From Patescibacteria group bacterium (GTDB taxonomy: Bacteria; Patescibacteriota; WWE3; UBA101185; UBA10185), in NCBI GenBank assembly GCA_026004595.1, contig BPJL01000009.1:1-38621 (forward strand): 38,621 bases of DNA, given 5' to 3'. Below the pieces are notes generated by a model that saw only the letters and a list, made by a program, of their open reading frames with translations, was not told the DNA's origin and did no database searches. The stretch's first letter is position 1, and each line of letters begins with the position of its first letter. Positions 20,754 to 31,230 of the stretch are shown here, piece by piece. Both the position numbers and the translations under genes were made by a program.

Positions 20754-23700
20754 GCAAACCTCATTGATATTGCTTTAGCTAAAGTTAGAAGTGCTGCTCA
20801 ATCTTTGGGAAAAGGAGTTTCTGATTTTGCTTCTGGTGTTTATGAGGCAGTTAAAACGGCAGAAGAACCGCTTGTTCGTGGATTAGCCGCACTTGACCCT
20901 TATACAAGGAGAATGTATCAACAGGCTGATCAACAAAGGCTTCAGGCGGCACAAAACCTTATCAATTATGCGAGTAAACAGACGGATATTAAAAAGAAAA
21001 AAGACCTATTGAAACTTGCTAGTCAAATATCATCCGTTGCTCCTTCTTATGAATATGCTCAAACATTACCCCAAAATAAAGAAGTATTGACATCGGGACT
21101 GAAAACTGCGGGTATGGCTTTGTCTGGTGGTATTGGGACGGGTGGTTTTCTAGGAACTGCGGCTCTCTCAACTGGGTTGTCAGCTTTGGGAGGAAAGGAG
21201 AATGTCGGTTATCGTGCTGGTAGAAGTTTTGGCGAAGTATTGCCTTATCTTGGGGCTACAAAAATTACTACTCCGTTAATTAGCGCTGGATTAAGAAAGT
21301 TTGCTCCCAATATCCCTAGATTGGCTCAAATTGGAACACAGGGATTGGCTAATGTTGCCGAAGGAGCGGCGTTGTCTAAATCTTTTGGCCAAAGCTATAC
21401 TCCGTCTCAAGCTGCTATTGACTTGGTGATGGGTGGGTTGGCTAGACCTTTTAGTGGAAGTACAAGGATGTATTCAACGCAAAATCCTAAAATTCAAGAA
21501 TTATGGAATCATATAAATACTTTGCAAAAGAAAAAGGTTAATTTAATAGAGCAAGGGGGGGAGCAAAGTTGCAATAAGAAACATAGAAAAAGCGATTAAA
21601 AAAGCTCAAGATGAAGTTTGGAGACTTTATCAGGAAGAAAAAGCAATGGGTTTTACCAGCAGTCAAACGAGCAAGGCTGCGGGTCTGCCAAAAGCAGGAA
21701 AATCGCAAACGCCAGAATTATCAACCAGTAAAGTTTCACAGACCAGTGCATCAGAACCTATTATAGTAAAAACCAAGAAACAATTAAATAAGGTATTAGA
21801 GCAAAACCCACAGGCTGAAGTGAAAATAGGTGGAGGTGGTAAGGGAGATGCTCCAGACCCCGAAGATGTAGCTAAAACCATTGAAGCAAGAATTAACAAC
21901 TTTACTAAAAGAGTTTTGGGTTATAGTCAGGAGGATATAAAACCAGAAGGAGCTGGGGTTGTTGCTAAAATAGAAGGTGGAGTATTGAAATTACAAAAAC
22001 CATATACGAAAGCAGTTATCAAACTTCAGCAAAAGGCGACAAGTGCTATAGAAAGAGGATTGGCTAGTGAAAGTGCTCCGATTAGATTAGCTTCGCAATT
22101 GATAGAAGGATTGTTTAGGGGTGCTGGTATGTCTCCTGCCAGAGCTGAAGCGTCAAGGGCTTTGGGTGGAGAAATAGCTACGGCTCAATGGAGGAATTAT
22201 AACATTGGTCAGCAGTTACTTGACCTTATAGGTATGGATAGCAAATCCCTTGAAAGAGTCAACGCCGTTTTAGACCCTGCTCTTGCCAAGCAAAAAATTA
22301 AATTTTCAGACCTTACTCCAGAGGAAAAACAGCTTTATGGTTTGATAAGAGAAGGGCTTGACCTTGTTCACGATATTAGCTACTCAAACGGATTTATCAG
22401 TAAAGAGTTGTATCTTGCTAATAAAGGGAAATACACACCACGACTTTACGAACCAAAAGAATTACCTCCAGAGGTAAATGATATGGTTAATCAAATGCTT
22501 AAGAAAATTAACCTTGATATTTTCAAAAAGAGAAAAGATATAGATGCTTGGAAAATTGAAAACTCGCTTAACAACCCCGTTTATGGGTTGGTTAAAAGAT
22601 TGACACAGGTTCAAATTAATAGTGCGGTTAAAAAATACACTGATTTTCTTGCAAGCCAGAAACATCTTATATCAGATACTCCTAGAATTGGATTTACTCA
22701 ATTATCCGATAGCCCCGCTTATGGTGCTTTAGCAGGTAAATATGTTTTAAATTCGGCGGCAGAAGACTTAAAAGGATTTTTCTTTGCTAACGAAGGGCTT
22801 AATAAACTTTATGATGTCTTTAGAATTTATGACGGATTGCCTCCAAGACAGCTTATTAAGAAACTCCTAACGGTATTTAATCCTACCACTAATGTTGGAA
22901 ACATTGTTTCTGATAATGTCTTTGGGTTTTTGGTTGGAGTCAATCCTTATACCCTAAACAAAAATATACTTCTTTTAAAACAAGACCCCAAACAGTATAA
23001 GGCTATAACAGAATACCTAATGAGAAAGGGGATAGTTGCAACCGATATAACCAGAACCGATTTTGTAAATGATTTAGCCAAGATTGACGATTTGGCGGAT
23101 ATTGGCAAGAAAACTGTTAAAACAAAAAGCATTGGAAGGAGGGTGGGTGAATTTTATGCAGGAACGGATGATGTTTACAAGGCGGCGGCTTTTAAGGCTT
23201 TGATAGATAGAGGGTTGTCTTTTGAGGAGGCTGCACAAAGAGTTTTTGACGGATTTCAGAATTATAAGAATGTAGGTAAATTTTATGATGTTTTTGCCAA
23301 GACTCCTATTATTGGAGAACCTTTTATCAAGTTTCAGGGAGACTTGATTAGGATTATTAAAAATGCGGCGGTTAACAATCCTTTAGGTTTGATTACCTTT
23401 TTGGGGACGCTTAAAATCACAGCAGACCTGTTTAGCAAGATTTCAGGAGAGACGCCAGAGGACAGAAAGACAAGAGAAGAAAGATTTGCTGCCCCTTATA
23501 TCCCCATCCTTAACATCCCTCTTACTTGGCAAACCCCAATTGGAGAAATAAATGTAGCTAGATATATTTCTCCATTCTTTGCTAATAGAGAAACAAGTAG
23601 TGTTGCATCTAAAATGTTGCCTTTTATTCCTCAAACTGGACAAAAAGATGTAGCTTCGTTTATCGCTCAAAACGCAGGAGACCCAATGACCGCACCCATT

Positions 23701-24759
23701 GTTCAAGCATTAGTAGATAGAGATTTTAGAGGTAAGCCGATAGCGGATAAAAACGAGACTAAATATAAACCATCAACCTTAACTCCAGAAGAAAGGATGT
23801 TAAATCGTGCAACTTTTTTGGCTCGTGGATATACCCCTCCTTTTATTAACAGCGTTATAGATGTGGTAAGAGCTTCTCAAGGAAAGGAAAATATGTATGG
23901 AGCTAAACAAACAACCGCACAGGCATTGGCAAGAATGGCGGGTGTCAAAATTCAGCAGTTTGGACCAAAAGAGGCTGAAGAGTATAGACAAAAAGAACAA
24001 GAGTTTCAGTCTTATAAGAACGAGGATATAGATAAAAGAATAAATTCTATTTACAAACAACTTCTTAAAGGAGAAATTACTCAAGAACAGGCAGACAAGA
24101 GGATTAAAGAACTTGAAAAACAAAAGGTTAGTCTTGGTGAGACAAAATCAACTGACAAAATTGTTAGATATATTGATGAAAACGACCAGTTAAAAAAGAT
24201 TGATATAGGTAAGGTTCTAGATATGCCGGCGACCACCGAAACCGAAATGGCATTAAAGATTGATAAGGCTTATAAGTTGTTAGGTCAAATTGAGGATATA
24301 CCCAAAAAAGAGGAACAAGATAAAGCCCTCCAAATGCTTGGGGTGCCAAGAGACAAGGCGGAGTATTATTGGGTAGCAAGTAAAGATACTGATGTAAAGT
24401 ATGCCTATGTAATAGACCAAATAAATAACAAAAGTGGTGAAGAAGCATTGTCAACTCTTGTTAAACTAAGACAGGAATACAACAATCGTTCTATACTAAC
24501 TAATAAGGTTATAGACCAGTTGGTTGATAATGAAGTAATATCGTCTGAACTTGGTAGTTATCTTAAAAAGATTGAATTTTCAGGTGGAAAAATCAAGGTT
24601 ACGGGAAGACCCAAAAAGATTTCAATCAAGAAAATCCAAACAAGCCTACCTGCCAAGATCAAGGTTCAGAAAGTTGACATAAAATCAATGTCTAAACTTT
24701 TGAAACTAAAGAAAGCAAAAAGAATAAAAATCAAGGCCAAAAAGATAGGTTATAAGTAA
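20751..24759 (+). CDS. large DNA ejection/internal virion protein (~1330 aa; frameshift at G7 run ~21554-21561)
   Basis: G/A-rich N-terminus, long helical body, Lys-rich C-terminus; two ORFs join at a homopolymer. Confidence 0.72.
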
Positions 24760-24760
24760 T

Positions 24761-25042
24761 ATGCAAATCAAAGTAGAAATACCAGAAGAAAAAAAGGAGG
24801 TTAAAGAACCTGTTAAAGAGTTTGTCCCAGAAGAAGAGGATATAGCCGTTCAATCGGTGGCATCTCTGTTTGACTTTAAGCCATCTGATATTCAAAAAAA
24901 TATAGAGAAGCTGCAATTGCTGGCTGAGTATGGCAGAAAAATCGCAAAGTCTGACAGTCCTGATGAGATTAAATGGGCAATTAGAAGTTTACCTACCACC
25001 AAAGAATCCCCTGACTTTAGTCACGGGGAGTGTCAAAGTTAG
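24761..25042 (+). CDS. hypothetical protein whose C-terminus is encoded by an IS605 right-end remnant
   Basis: ends KESPDFSHGECQS, resembling TnpB C-termini. Confidence 0.6.
   Translation: MQIKVEIPEEKKEVKEPVKEFVPEEEDIAVQSVASLFDFKPSDIQKNIEKLQLLAEYGRKIAKSDSPDEIKWAIRSLPTTKESPDFSHGECQS
25004..25036 (+). mobile_element. orphan IS200/IS605 right-end remnant
   Basis: GAATCCCCTGACTTTAGTCACGGGGAGTGTCAA: subterminal hairpin plus TCAA terminus. Confidence 0.75.
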
Positions 25043-25043
25043 A

Positions 25044-25082
25044 TTGAAAACCCAACCTTTTTTATAACACAATTAAACTATG
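25044..25082 (+). promoter_or_regulatory. late leaderless promoter (tail fibre)
   Basis: TTGAAA 25044-49 +ACC, 18 nt, CACAAT 25068-73, 6 nt, ATG 25080. Confidence 0.75.
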
Positions 25083-25959
25083 GCAGAACTATATTACCCA
25101 CCAACGCAAAACGGATTACAAAAGACTTTGGTATCTCAGCTTAATGCTGGTGCTACCCAAATGACGCTTTCTAATACTACTGGCGTTCAAAATAAACCCG
25201 GTGTGGTTGTAGTTGATAGAATAGATACCACTGGGACGCAAAAAGATGTTTCTGTAAGAGAATACATTAGTTATACTGGTGTTTCTGGCAACAATTTAAC
25301 TGGTTTGACTAGAGGATTGGCTGGATCTAGCGACCAAGATCATTTGGTTGGGGCGGTTGTAGAGTTTATTCCTGATGTCACGGTTTTTCAAGCCATAAAT
25401 GATGTAATTACTACTGAGCACAACACAGACGGAACACACGACTCCACCAAAGTAGCAATGCTTGCGGGGACACAAACATTTACAGGAGATAAAACATTCA
25501 CAGGAGCGTTAAAAACAGACTCAATCAGCGAAGCTACTTCGGGAGCAAAAACCACACTTAACAACGGACTTAAAACCGATACCATTGACGAAAAGACTTC
25601 TAATACAGGTGTAACAATAGATGGACTTCTAGTCAAGGATAAGGCGATTCAACAAATGTATGACAATGGCAACATCACTGGTTCAGTTACTATTAATTGG
25701 GCTAATGGTTTGAGGCAAAAAGCAACCTTAACTGGGAATGTAACTTTAGACTTCTCAAACCCCGTAGAAGGTCAAAGCCTTAGAATTGTTCTTAATTCAG
25801 GACGGGACTGGCGGGAAGGACTATATCTCATTTACACCAACCATAACTTGGCAAGACGCCACAACACCGACTTTTACAACTACAGCCAATAAAGTAAATG
25901 TGATTTCGTTAAGGTATATTGGTTCAGCCTACTATGGAATGGGGGCTAAATTTGCCTAA
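25080..25959 (+). CDS. tail fibre protein (frameshift ~25780)
   Basis: EYISYTG..LTGLTRG, QTFTGDKTFTG, KTDTIDEKT..GVTIDG, TINWANG..TLTGNVT. Confidence 0.8.
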
Positions 25960-25964
25960 AAAAT

Positions 25965-26670
25965 ATGCCAGCAATTGAGCTTTATTCAACACCACTTTTT
26001 AGTGATTCATCTTTAGTCTCATATAAAAGATTTGAAAATGGAAATTCTGTAGATTCAAAAAACACTTCATATAACGGAACAGATACATCGATGGCTTATG
26101 GTTCTTCCTATGGTAGTTTTTGGTAGCGGAGCTTATTTTTCTGGAAGCAGTTATTTTGCTTTTTCCACAAGTGGGGCAATGGCAAATTTAGTCATTACAG
26201 GATTGGACAATTAGCTATATGGGCAAGGGTAACCAGTAGATACAACAAATTTACGGGTAGTAATTAGCTTTGCAGGGAACAGACTTTGGAGATTCTGGTA
26301 ATATCTTTGGCTATAATTGTGGAAATATATATTCTGGTGGAGTTGTAACACCTGGCTATGCGTCGGTTACAGCAACCATAGATGCTTAGATTGGCATTTG
26401 TACACATTTACACTTTCAGGGGGAGTTACTTTAAGTGTATATAATATGATGGAAGTTTTTGTTCAATCTGCATACAGATCTCCCGCAAATTCAACCCCAC
26501 TTGGAACAAATACTGCGTATATTGGAGCACTAAGATCCGCAGTTATTATTGATATCAAGGTTATTTAGATGACTGTAGCTATTTTCTCCCGTGCTTTAAC
26601 TGCTGACGAAATCTATAAACTTTATACTGGCAACTGGGCTAAAAACCAATTTTTCTTTAACGCCCTATGA
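25965..26670 (+). CDS. LamG/concanavalin-like receptor-binding protein (indels)
   Basis: LVSYKRFE, WHLYTFT, GYLDD-AIFSRALTADEIYKLY. Confidence 0.75.
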
Positions 26671-26941
26671 AAAACCAAGACCTATTACAAGACCTAATAG
26701 ATTTATCAAACAAATTCAATGACACCATTGTCAACATTGAAAAAACAATGGCTGTCAACAACGAGATTTTGCGTGCGATTAACGACCAGAATACAGAATG
26801 CACAAGCAGGCAATAGACACAAACACCGCCGCAACCCGTGAGATGACCAAGAGTTTCAACAAAATCTGGTATATCTTTTGGCTTGTGATTTTGGCTCTGA
26901 TAGTTTTAAGTGGAGCTGAAAAAGTTTTGAAGTTTATCTAG
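26667..26941 (+). CDS. coiled-coil protein with C-terminal TM helix (lysis region; indel)
   Basis: MKNQDLLQDLI...IWYIFWLVILALIVLSG. Confidence 0.55.
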
Positions 26942-26943
26942 CT

Positions 26944-27285
26944 ATGTTAGAAGAAGGATTAAGATTACTAGCACTTATAAGAACAGTAGTTTATATCTCC
27001 ATCTCCCTATCTTCAGCCCTTATTGCGTCGGCTTACTATCGGGCTTACAAAAAAGAAAAGCCCACTTGGATTATAAAAGCTGTAATGACACTGTTTCTGA
27101 CCTTATCATTTTCTTTTTCTTTTTACACAATAACCTCTATTGTCAATTTTCTTGACGGGGTTTCTGTAAGATATAGGCTTGTGGTTTCGCTTTTGACATT
27201 TATTAACATTCCTTTGTTTTTAGCGATTATAAACTTTTGGAGAGCGTCAATTTCAGGCAAAGAAACCAATGAGTTAGAGAAATAA
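26944..27285 (+). CDS. 3-TM membrane protein
   Basis: three hydrophobic segments; directly upstream of the lysin. Confidence 0.65.
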   Translation: MLEEGLRLLALIRTVVYISISLSSALIASAYYRAYKKEKPTWIIKAVMTLFLTLSFSFSFYTITSIVNFLDGVSVRYRLVVSLLTFINIPLFLAIINFWRASISGKETNELEK

Positions 27286-27289
27286 GTGT

Positions 27290-28156
27290 ATGACTTTTGA
27301 GGAATTTATCAAAAAATACGACGGCAAGGGAATTGATTATGACAATGCGTTTTCTACGCAGTGTGTTGACCTTTATCGGCAATATGTTAAAGAGGTTTTG
27401 GGCTTTCCGCAAAGCCCTGCGGTAGAGGGAGCAAAGGATATTTGGGACACATATCTGCCAGAGTATTATGATAGAGTAGAAAACACGCCTTACGGCGTAC
27501 CTGAAAAAGGGGATATTGTAATTTGGGGGACAAAAGTAGGTAAATATGGGCATGTGGCAGTTTTTATTGAGGGCGACGCAAAGAGGTTTAAGAGTTTTGA
27601 TCAGAATTTCCCAGTTGGAAGCCTGTGTCATATACAAGAGCATACCTATAACGGTGTACTGGGGTGGCTAAAACCAAAGATTAAAAATATGGATATACCA
27701 GAGTGGTTTAAGACTTTACTGCAGGAAGCAAACCTCTCTTTTGATAGAGAGGGAGAATTTCGTGCTTTTTGGGAGAAAGCTAAAAAATACGATATTGAAA
27801 TCAGAGAATACAGCGAAAAAGTTTCTTCGCTAAACTCTCTTCTGGGAGACAAGGCTCAAGAGGTTTCAATGCTTGAGGACGCAAAAGCTAAATTACAAGC
27901 GAGGGTTGACGAACTAGACACTCTTTACAATAAGACAAAAATGGAAAAAGACGAAGAAGAACAAAGAGCCAATATGCTTTCTTATAAAGTTGAAAGTCTA
28001 ACCAAAGACCTGGAAAAGGCGAATAGCGAGATTTTACAATTAAAGGAGCAAATCAAATCATTGAAAGACGATAATATAGATGTCTTGAAAAAGATACCCA
28101 CCTTAAAATTGATTACAGAAGTTTTTGTGCGTATTTTTAACACAAAAAGGAGGTGA
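27290..28156 (+). CDS. endolysin: CHAP domain + long coiled coil
   Basis: QCVDL, GDIVIW, YGHVAV, FDQN, VLGWLKP. Confidence 0.88.
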   Translation: MTFEEFIKKYDGKGIDYDNAFSTQCVDLYRQYVKEVLGFPQSPAVEGAKDIWDTYLPEYYDRVENTPYGVPEKGDIVIWGTKVGKYGHVAVFIEGDAKRFKSFDQNFPVGSLCHIQEHTYNGVLGWLKPKIKNMDIPEWFKTLLQEANLSFDREGEFRAFWEKAKKYDIEIREYSEKVSSLNSLLGDKAQEVSMLEDAKAKLQARVDELDTLYNKTKMEKDEEEQRANMLSYKVESLTKDLEKANSEILQLKEQIKSLKDDNIDVLKKIPTLKLITEVFVRIFNTKRR

Positions 28157-28161
28157 TTTTT

Positions 28162-28347
28162 ATGTTAAAAAGGATTTGGGAGTTTCTTGACGGAAAAAAG
28201 ACATTCATTGGGTCGGCAGTAATCTTTATTGCTGGCGGTCTGAAAGCTCTGGGGAAAATTGATGAAAACACCTTTAACTGGTTAGTTGCTTTAGGTGGAG
28301 CAATCTCGGTTTATGGTATTAGAGATGCTATTAAAAAATTAGAATAG
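28162..28347 (+). CDS. holin-like 2-TM protein
   Basis: LDGKKTFI...YGIRDAIKK; SD AAGGAGGTGA; follows the lysin. Confidence 0.7.
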   Translation: MLKRIWEFLDGKKTFIGSAVIFIAGGLKALGKIDENTFNWLVALGGAISVYGIRDAIKKLE

Positions 28348-28350
28348 CCT

Positions 28351-28473
28351 ATGTTAAAAATCCTGCTCGTTTTGTTTGGTCTTTTTGCTATCGTTTGTTT
28401 ATTTGTCAATTTGGTTGTAAGCGAAGAAGATTTGGAAAGGATGTTAAAAAATGGAAAAAGAAAGAGACGATAG
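28351..28473 (+). CDS. tiny single-TM protein
   Basis: 40-aa ORF MLKILLVLFG...KRKRR fills the gap between genes. Confidence 0.45.
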   Translation: MLKILLVLFGLFAIVCLFVNLVVSEEDLERMLKNGKRKRR

Positions 28474-28678
28474 ACAAATAGAGCTTGTTAATATCCTATA
28501 TGAGAAACTGTCTGATTTATATTATATGGAAGAAAAAGGGTGGAATGTTGAACCGGCAATTAAGGAGGTTCAAAAACAGATTAGCTCACTTTTATCTAAA
28601 TCTGAACAGGAAAGGATTGCCCAATTGAGAGAGGAACTTAAAAATGAGAGAGAGAGAATGTCAGGCACCAGTGCATAA
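28451..28678 (+). CDS. hypothetical protein
   Basis: ORF track; overlaps both neighbours. Confidence 0.6.
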   Translation: MEKERDDRQIELVNILYEKLSDLYYMEEKGWNVEPAIKEVQKQISSLLSKSEQERIAQLREELKNERERMSGTSA

Positions 28679-28943
28679 CCCTAGATGTCCCTGTCAATCT
28701 TGCCAGAGGGTAAATTGCGGGAATTGTCGTCTCACAAACATAGACCACTTCACTCCTAAATGTATTGCTAAAAAGATTCTTCACTGGAGTTCAAAGCAAA
28801 TTAACGCCCCTGAAAATTTACAATACCTCTCAATACCTTGCCACACCGACAAGGATAGAACCACACCCGACAGGTTGAGACTCGCAATAAGGCAAAAAAG
28901 AGGAGAGTTTATTAGTTTAGAAGATTATAAAAAAATTCTATGA
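28644..28943 (+). CDS. HNH-like endonuclease
   Basis: Cys cluster, IDHFTP...NAPENLQYLSIPCHTDKD. Confidence 0.7.
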   Translation: MRERECQAPVHNPRCPCQSCQRVNCGNCRLTNIDHFTPKCIAKKILHWSSKQINAPENLQYLSIPCHTDKDRTTPDRLRLAIRQKRGEFISLEDYKKIL

Positions 28944-29194
28944 GTCCCGAAATCAAAATAGCATTTTCTAGAGAAGTTCCAAGAGGAGCTTGTGTGGTTG
29001 GCAGACAAGAAGACGAAAACAAATATGTCCCTATCTCAATCACTGATTGTCAGGGAACAGATTTGATGGCTTTAGGGATCGCAAGAAAAATGCTTAAAGA
29101 CGGGGAAACGCCCGTTTTTGTTTTTGGAAGCGAAGACGAAATGGAAGAAAATGCTGATAAAATAAGAATGGCTTTTGACGACTACAATGAATAA
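28940..29194 (+). CDS. hypothetical protein
   Basis: ATGA-coupled ORF. Confidence 0.6.
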   Translation: MSPEIKIAFSREVPRGACVVGRQEDENKYVPISITDCQGTDLMALGIARKMLKDGETPVFVFGSEDEMEENADKIRMAFDDYNE

Positions 29195-30137
29195 AGAAAG
29201 AGGTTTATTCTACCCAGATGGCAGTTTTAGGGGCGAAGACGAGATTAGAAGAAGAAATCTCAAAGAGCCTAGTATCCAAAGACCTGTTCAAGAAAGAGGG
29301 GGGTCGTTTGACGACGATTTACGAAGAATGCAGGAAATTCAGAGGTTGAGGGAAGAACAAAAGCTTTGGAAAGATGAGGTCAAAATCAGTGTTCAAACCA
29401 ACCTTCCCTACTTTTTTTTGATGCCATTATCAGACATCCACTTAGGAGCCGAAGGAACAGACTATCAGGCAGTTAGAAAGTTTTTGGGGGTGGTTAAGGA
29501 TTATCCTGTTTATACTGTCCTTTTAGGGGATTTGGGTGATTTTTTCAATCCGTATAAACACCCTACGGGAATGGCTGAAGATGTGGTTAACGCCGATAGC
29601 CAGCTTCTTGCGATGAGAAACTTCTTCAAAGAATACAAAGAAAAAATCTTGGCGGTGGCGACGGGCAACCACGATGATTGGATTTACAAGACTTCGGGGA
29701 TTGAACCTTATAGGTGGGTCTGTCAAGACCTGAACATCCCCCTTCTTTACAGCGGAGGGAGACTAAATTTGCAGGTAAATGAAGTGAATTACAAAATTCT
29801 CCTTTATCACGCAATTGCTAGGTTTAATTCCTCATTCAATCCTACCCACGCAGGCAAAAGAATGCTTGAGCTTCACCACGATGCCGACATCGTAATTAGC
29901 GGAGACAAACACAGGTTTGGAATGGAGAAGCTGGTTCACAGAGATAAAAAGCCGTATATCGTGCAACTGGGAACTTTTAAGACTGGGGACACTTATGGCA
30001 AGCGAAGTTATGGGTTTGCCCCAGACTCCCAGATTGGTTTCCCAGTATTGTTTCTTTCAGCGGGAGAAAAGAATGTGGAGGCGATAGAAGATATAGAAAC
30101 CGCCAAACACTTTGTAGACCTTGTGAGAAAGGGGTAA
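29187..30137 (+). CDS. calcineurin-like metallophosphoesterase
   Basis: SDIHLG, LGDLGD, GNHD, LYH, GDKH motifs. Confidence 0.88.
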   Translation: MNKERGLFYPDGSFRGEDEIRRRNLKEPSIQRPVQERGGSFDDDLRRMQEIQRLREEQKLWKDEVKISVQTNLPYFFLMPLSDIHLGAEGTDYQAVRKFLGVVKDYPVYTVLLGDLGDFFNPYKHPTGMAEDVVNADSQLLAMRNFFKEYKEKILAVATGNHDDWIYKTSGIEPYRWVCQDLNIPLLYSGGRLNLQVNEVNYKILLYHAIARFNSSFNPTHAGKRMLELHHDADIVISGDKHRFGMEKLVHRDKKPYIVQLGTFKTGDTYGKRSYGFAPDSQIGFPVLFLSAGEKNVEAIEDIETAKHFVDLVRKG

Positions 30138-30146
30138 AATATAGAT

Positions 30147-30491
30147 ATGGGAACTGTTGACCTAATTACCGGACAGCCAGCACTTCATAAACACGGAGTC
30201 AACGACATCAAGACTTCTAATGCTCCAGACTCCACTAAGGTTCTATATGGGGACGGAAGTTGGCAAGAACCACCAGGGGCAACAAGCGGAGAAGCTAACA
30301 CTGGAGAAAATGTGGGGACAGGTGAGGGTTTGATTTACAAGGACAAAGTTGGCGTTGCTTTAAGGTTTAAATCCCTAAAACAAGGAACTGGTGCTGGAGT
30401 AATTGCAACCAATTCTGGAACGACAGCAACTCTACTTTGTTATCTTGATTGGATGGCGGTTTGGTTTGATAGGAGGGCTTTAACGAGATAA
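30147..30491 (+). CDS. short tail-fibre-like protein / remnant
   Basis: HKHGVNDI, VLYGDGSW, GEANTGENVG..IYKDKVG..LRFKSL motifs. Confidence 0.55.
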   Translation: MGTVDLITGQPALHKHGVNDIKTSNAPDSTKVLYGDGSWQEPPGATSGEANTGENVGTGEGLIYKDKVGVALRFKSLKQGTGAGVIATNSGTTATLLCYLDWMAVWFDRRALTR

Positions 30492-30529
30492 AATTGCCAC
30501 TTGACAAAATAAAAAGTGGTTGATATTAT
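30492..30529 (+). promoter_or_regulatory. early sigma70-type promoter
   Basis: TTGACA 30501-06, 17 nt, TGnTATTAT. Confidence 0.7.
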
Positions 30530-30546
30530 TTATTCAAATAAATAAA

Positions 30547-30801
30547 ATGAAAGTAAAAACTATTGTTATCAAAACGCCAACCCACCAAAAAGATTGTTTC
30601 AGACTTCACCTAATCGATTCTAAGGCGGGTATCTCAAGAAAGACGATAAAGACTACATTGTCAGCATTAAAAAGAAATATCAGGGGTAAGGGGTTGGTGA
30701 TGGTTAAGGTCGTTTACCCCGACAAAAGCACAAACCAAACAATTTCCTCAAACGATATTGATTATTTGGTTAACACAACAAGATGTTTCTTGAAGCTATG
30801 A
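30547..30801 (+). CDS. hypothetical protein
   Basis: first ORF after the promoter. Confidence 0.55.
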   Translation: MKVKTIVIKTPTHQKDCFRLHLIDSKAGISRKTIKTTLSALKRNIRGKGLVMVKVVYPDKSTNQTISSNDIDYLVNTTRCFLKL

Positions 30802-31001
30802 TACCACCAGAGTTTTGGCTCAATTGTAAAAAATCTAATGCATACAAAAAAAAGGCTGACGATTGGTTTTTTATGGCACAGAAGTGGAAGGCGGGGAGCA
30901 TCGAAAGACAAATTTGTGAACTGAAAGTAAAACTCTACGAGAGAGAATCACTAAAATATCTGTTGAGAGCTAATGCTGTCATCCAAAAAAAATATGAGTG
31001 A
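30798..31001 (+). CDS. hypothetical protein
   Basis: ATGA-coupled ORF. Confidence 0.55.
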   Translation: MIPPEFWLNCKKSNAYKKKADDWFFMAQKWKAGSIERQICELKVKLYERESLKYLLRANAVIQKKYE

Positions 31002-31230
31002 GACACAAGATATCGAAAAATACACTAAATTACAACGAATTATGAACATCTTCCAAAAAATCAGTCAGATATCTTGGTGGTATGACCAGGCGAAAAAGAG
31101 ATACCCCGCTCCGGAAGCGATGACGACAGACGAAATCGACAAACTTACCCAATATCTTCTGACATTAGGGGATGACCTAGAAGACGCTTACAAGGACTGG
31201 AAAAAGGAGGCTAAAAATTATGGGAATTGA
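30994..31230 (+). CDS. hypothetical protein
   Basis: overlapping ORF. Confidence 0.55.
   Translation: MSETQDIEKYTKLQRIMNIFQKISQISWWYDQAKKRYPAPEAMTTDEIDKLTQYLLTLGDDLEDAYKDWKKEAKNYGN

Noticed and set aside
2372..26941. Dozens of frameshifts as programmed frameshifting or mass pseudogenisation
   Set aside because: They hit essential genes (portal, capsid, nozzle), are mostly single extra bases at homopolymers, and protein motifs remain intact on both sides. Uncorrected long-read error is the simplest explanation; read polishing would confirm.
25965..30491. Diversity-generating retroelement acting on fibre/LamG genes
   Set aside because: No reverse transcriptase and no template/variable repeat pair seen.
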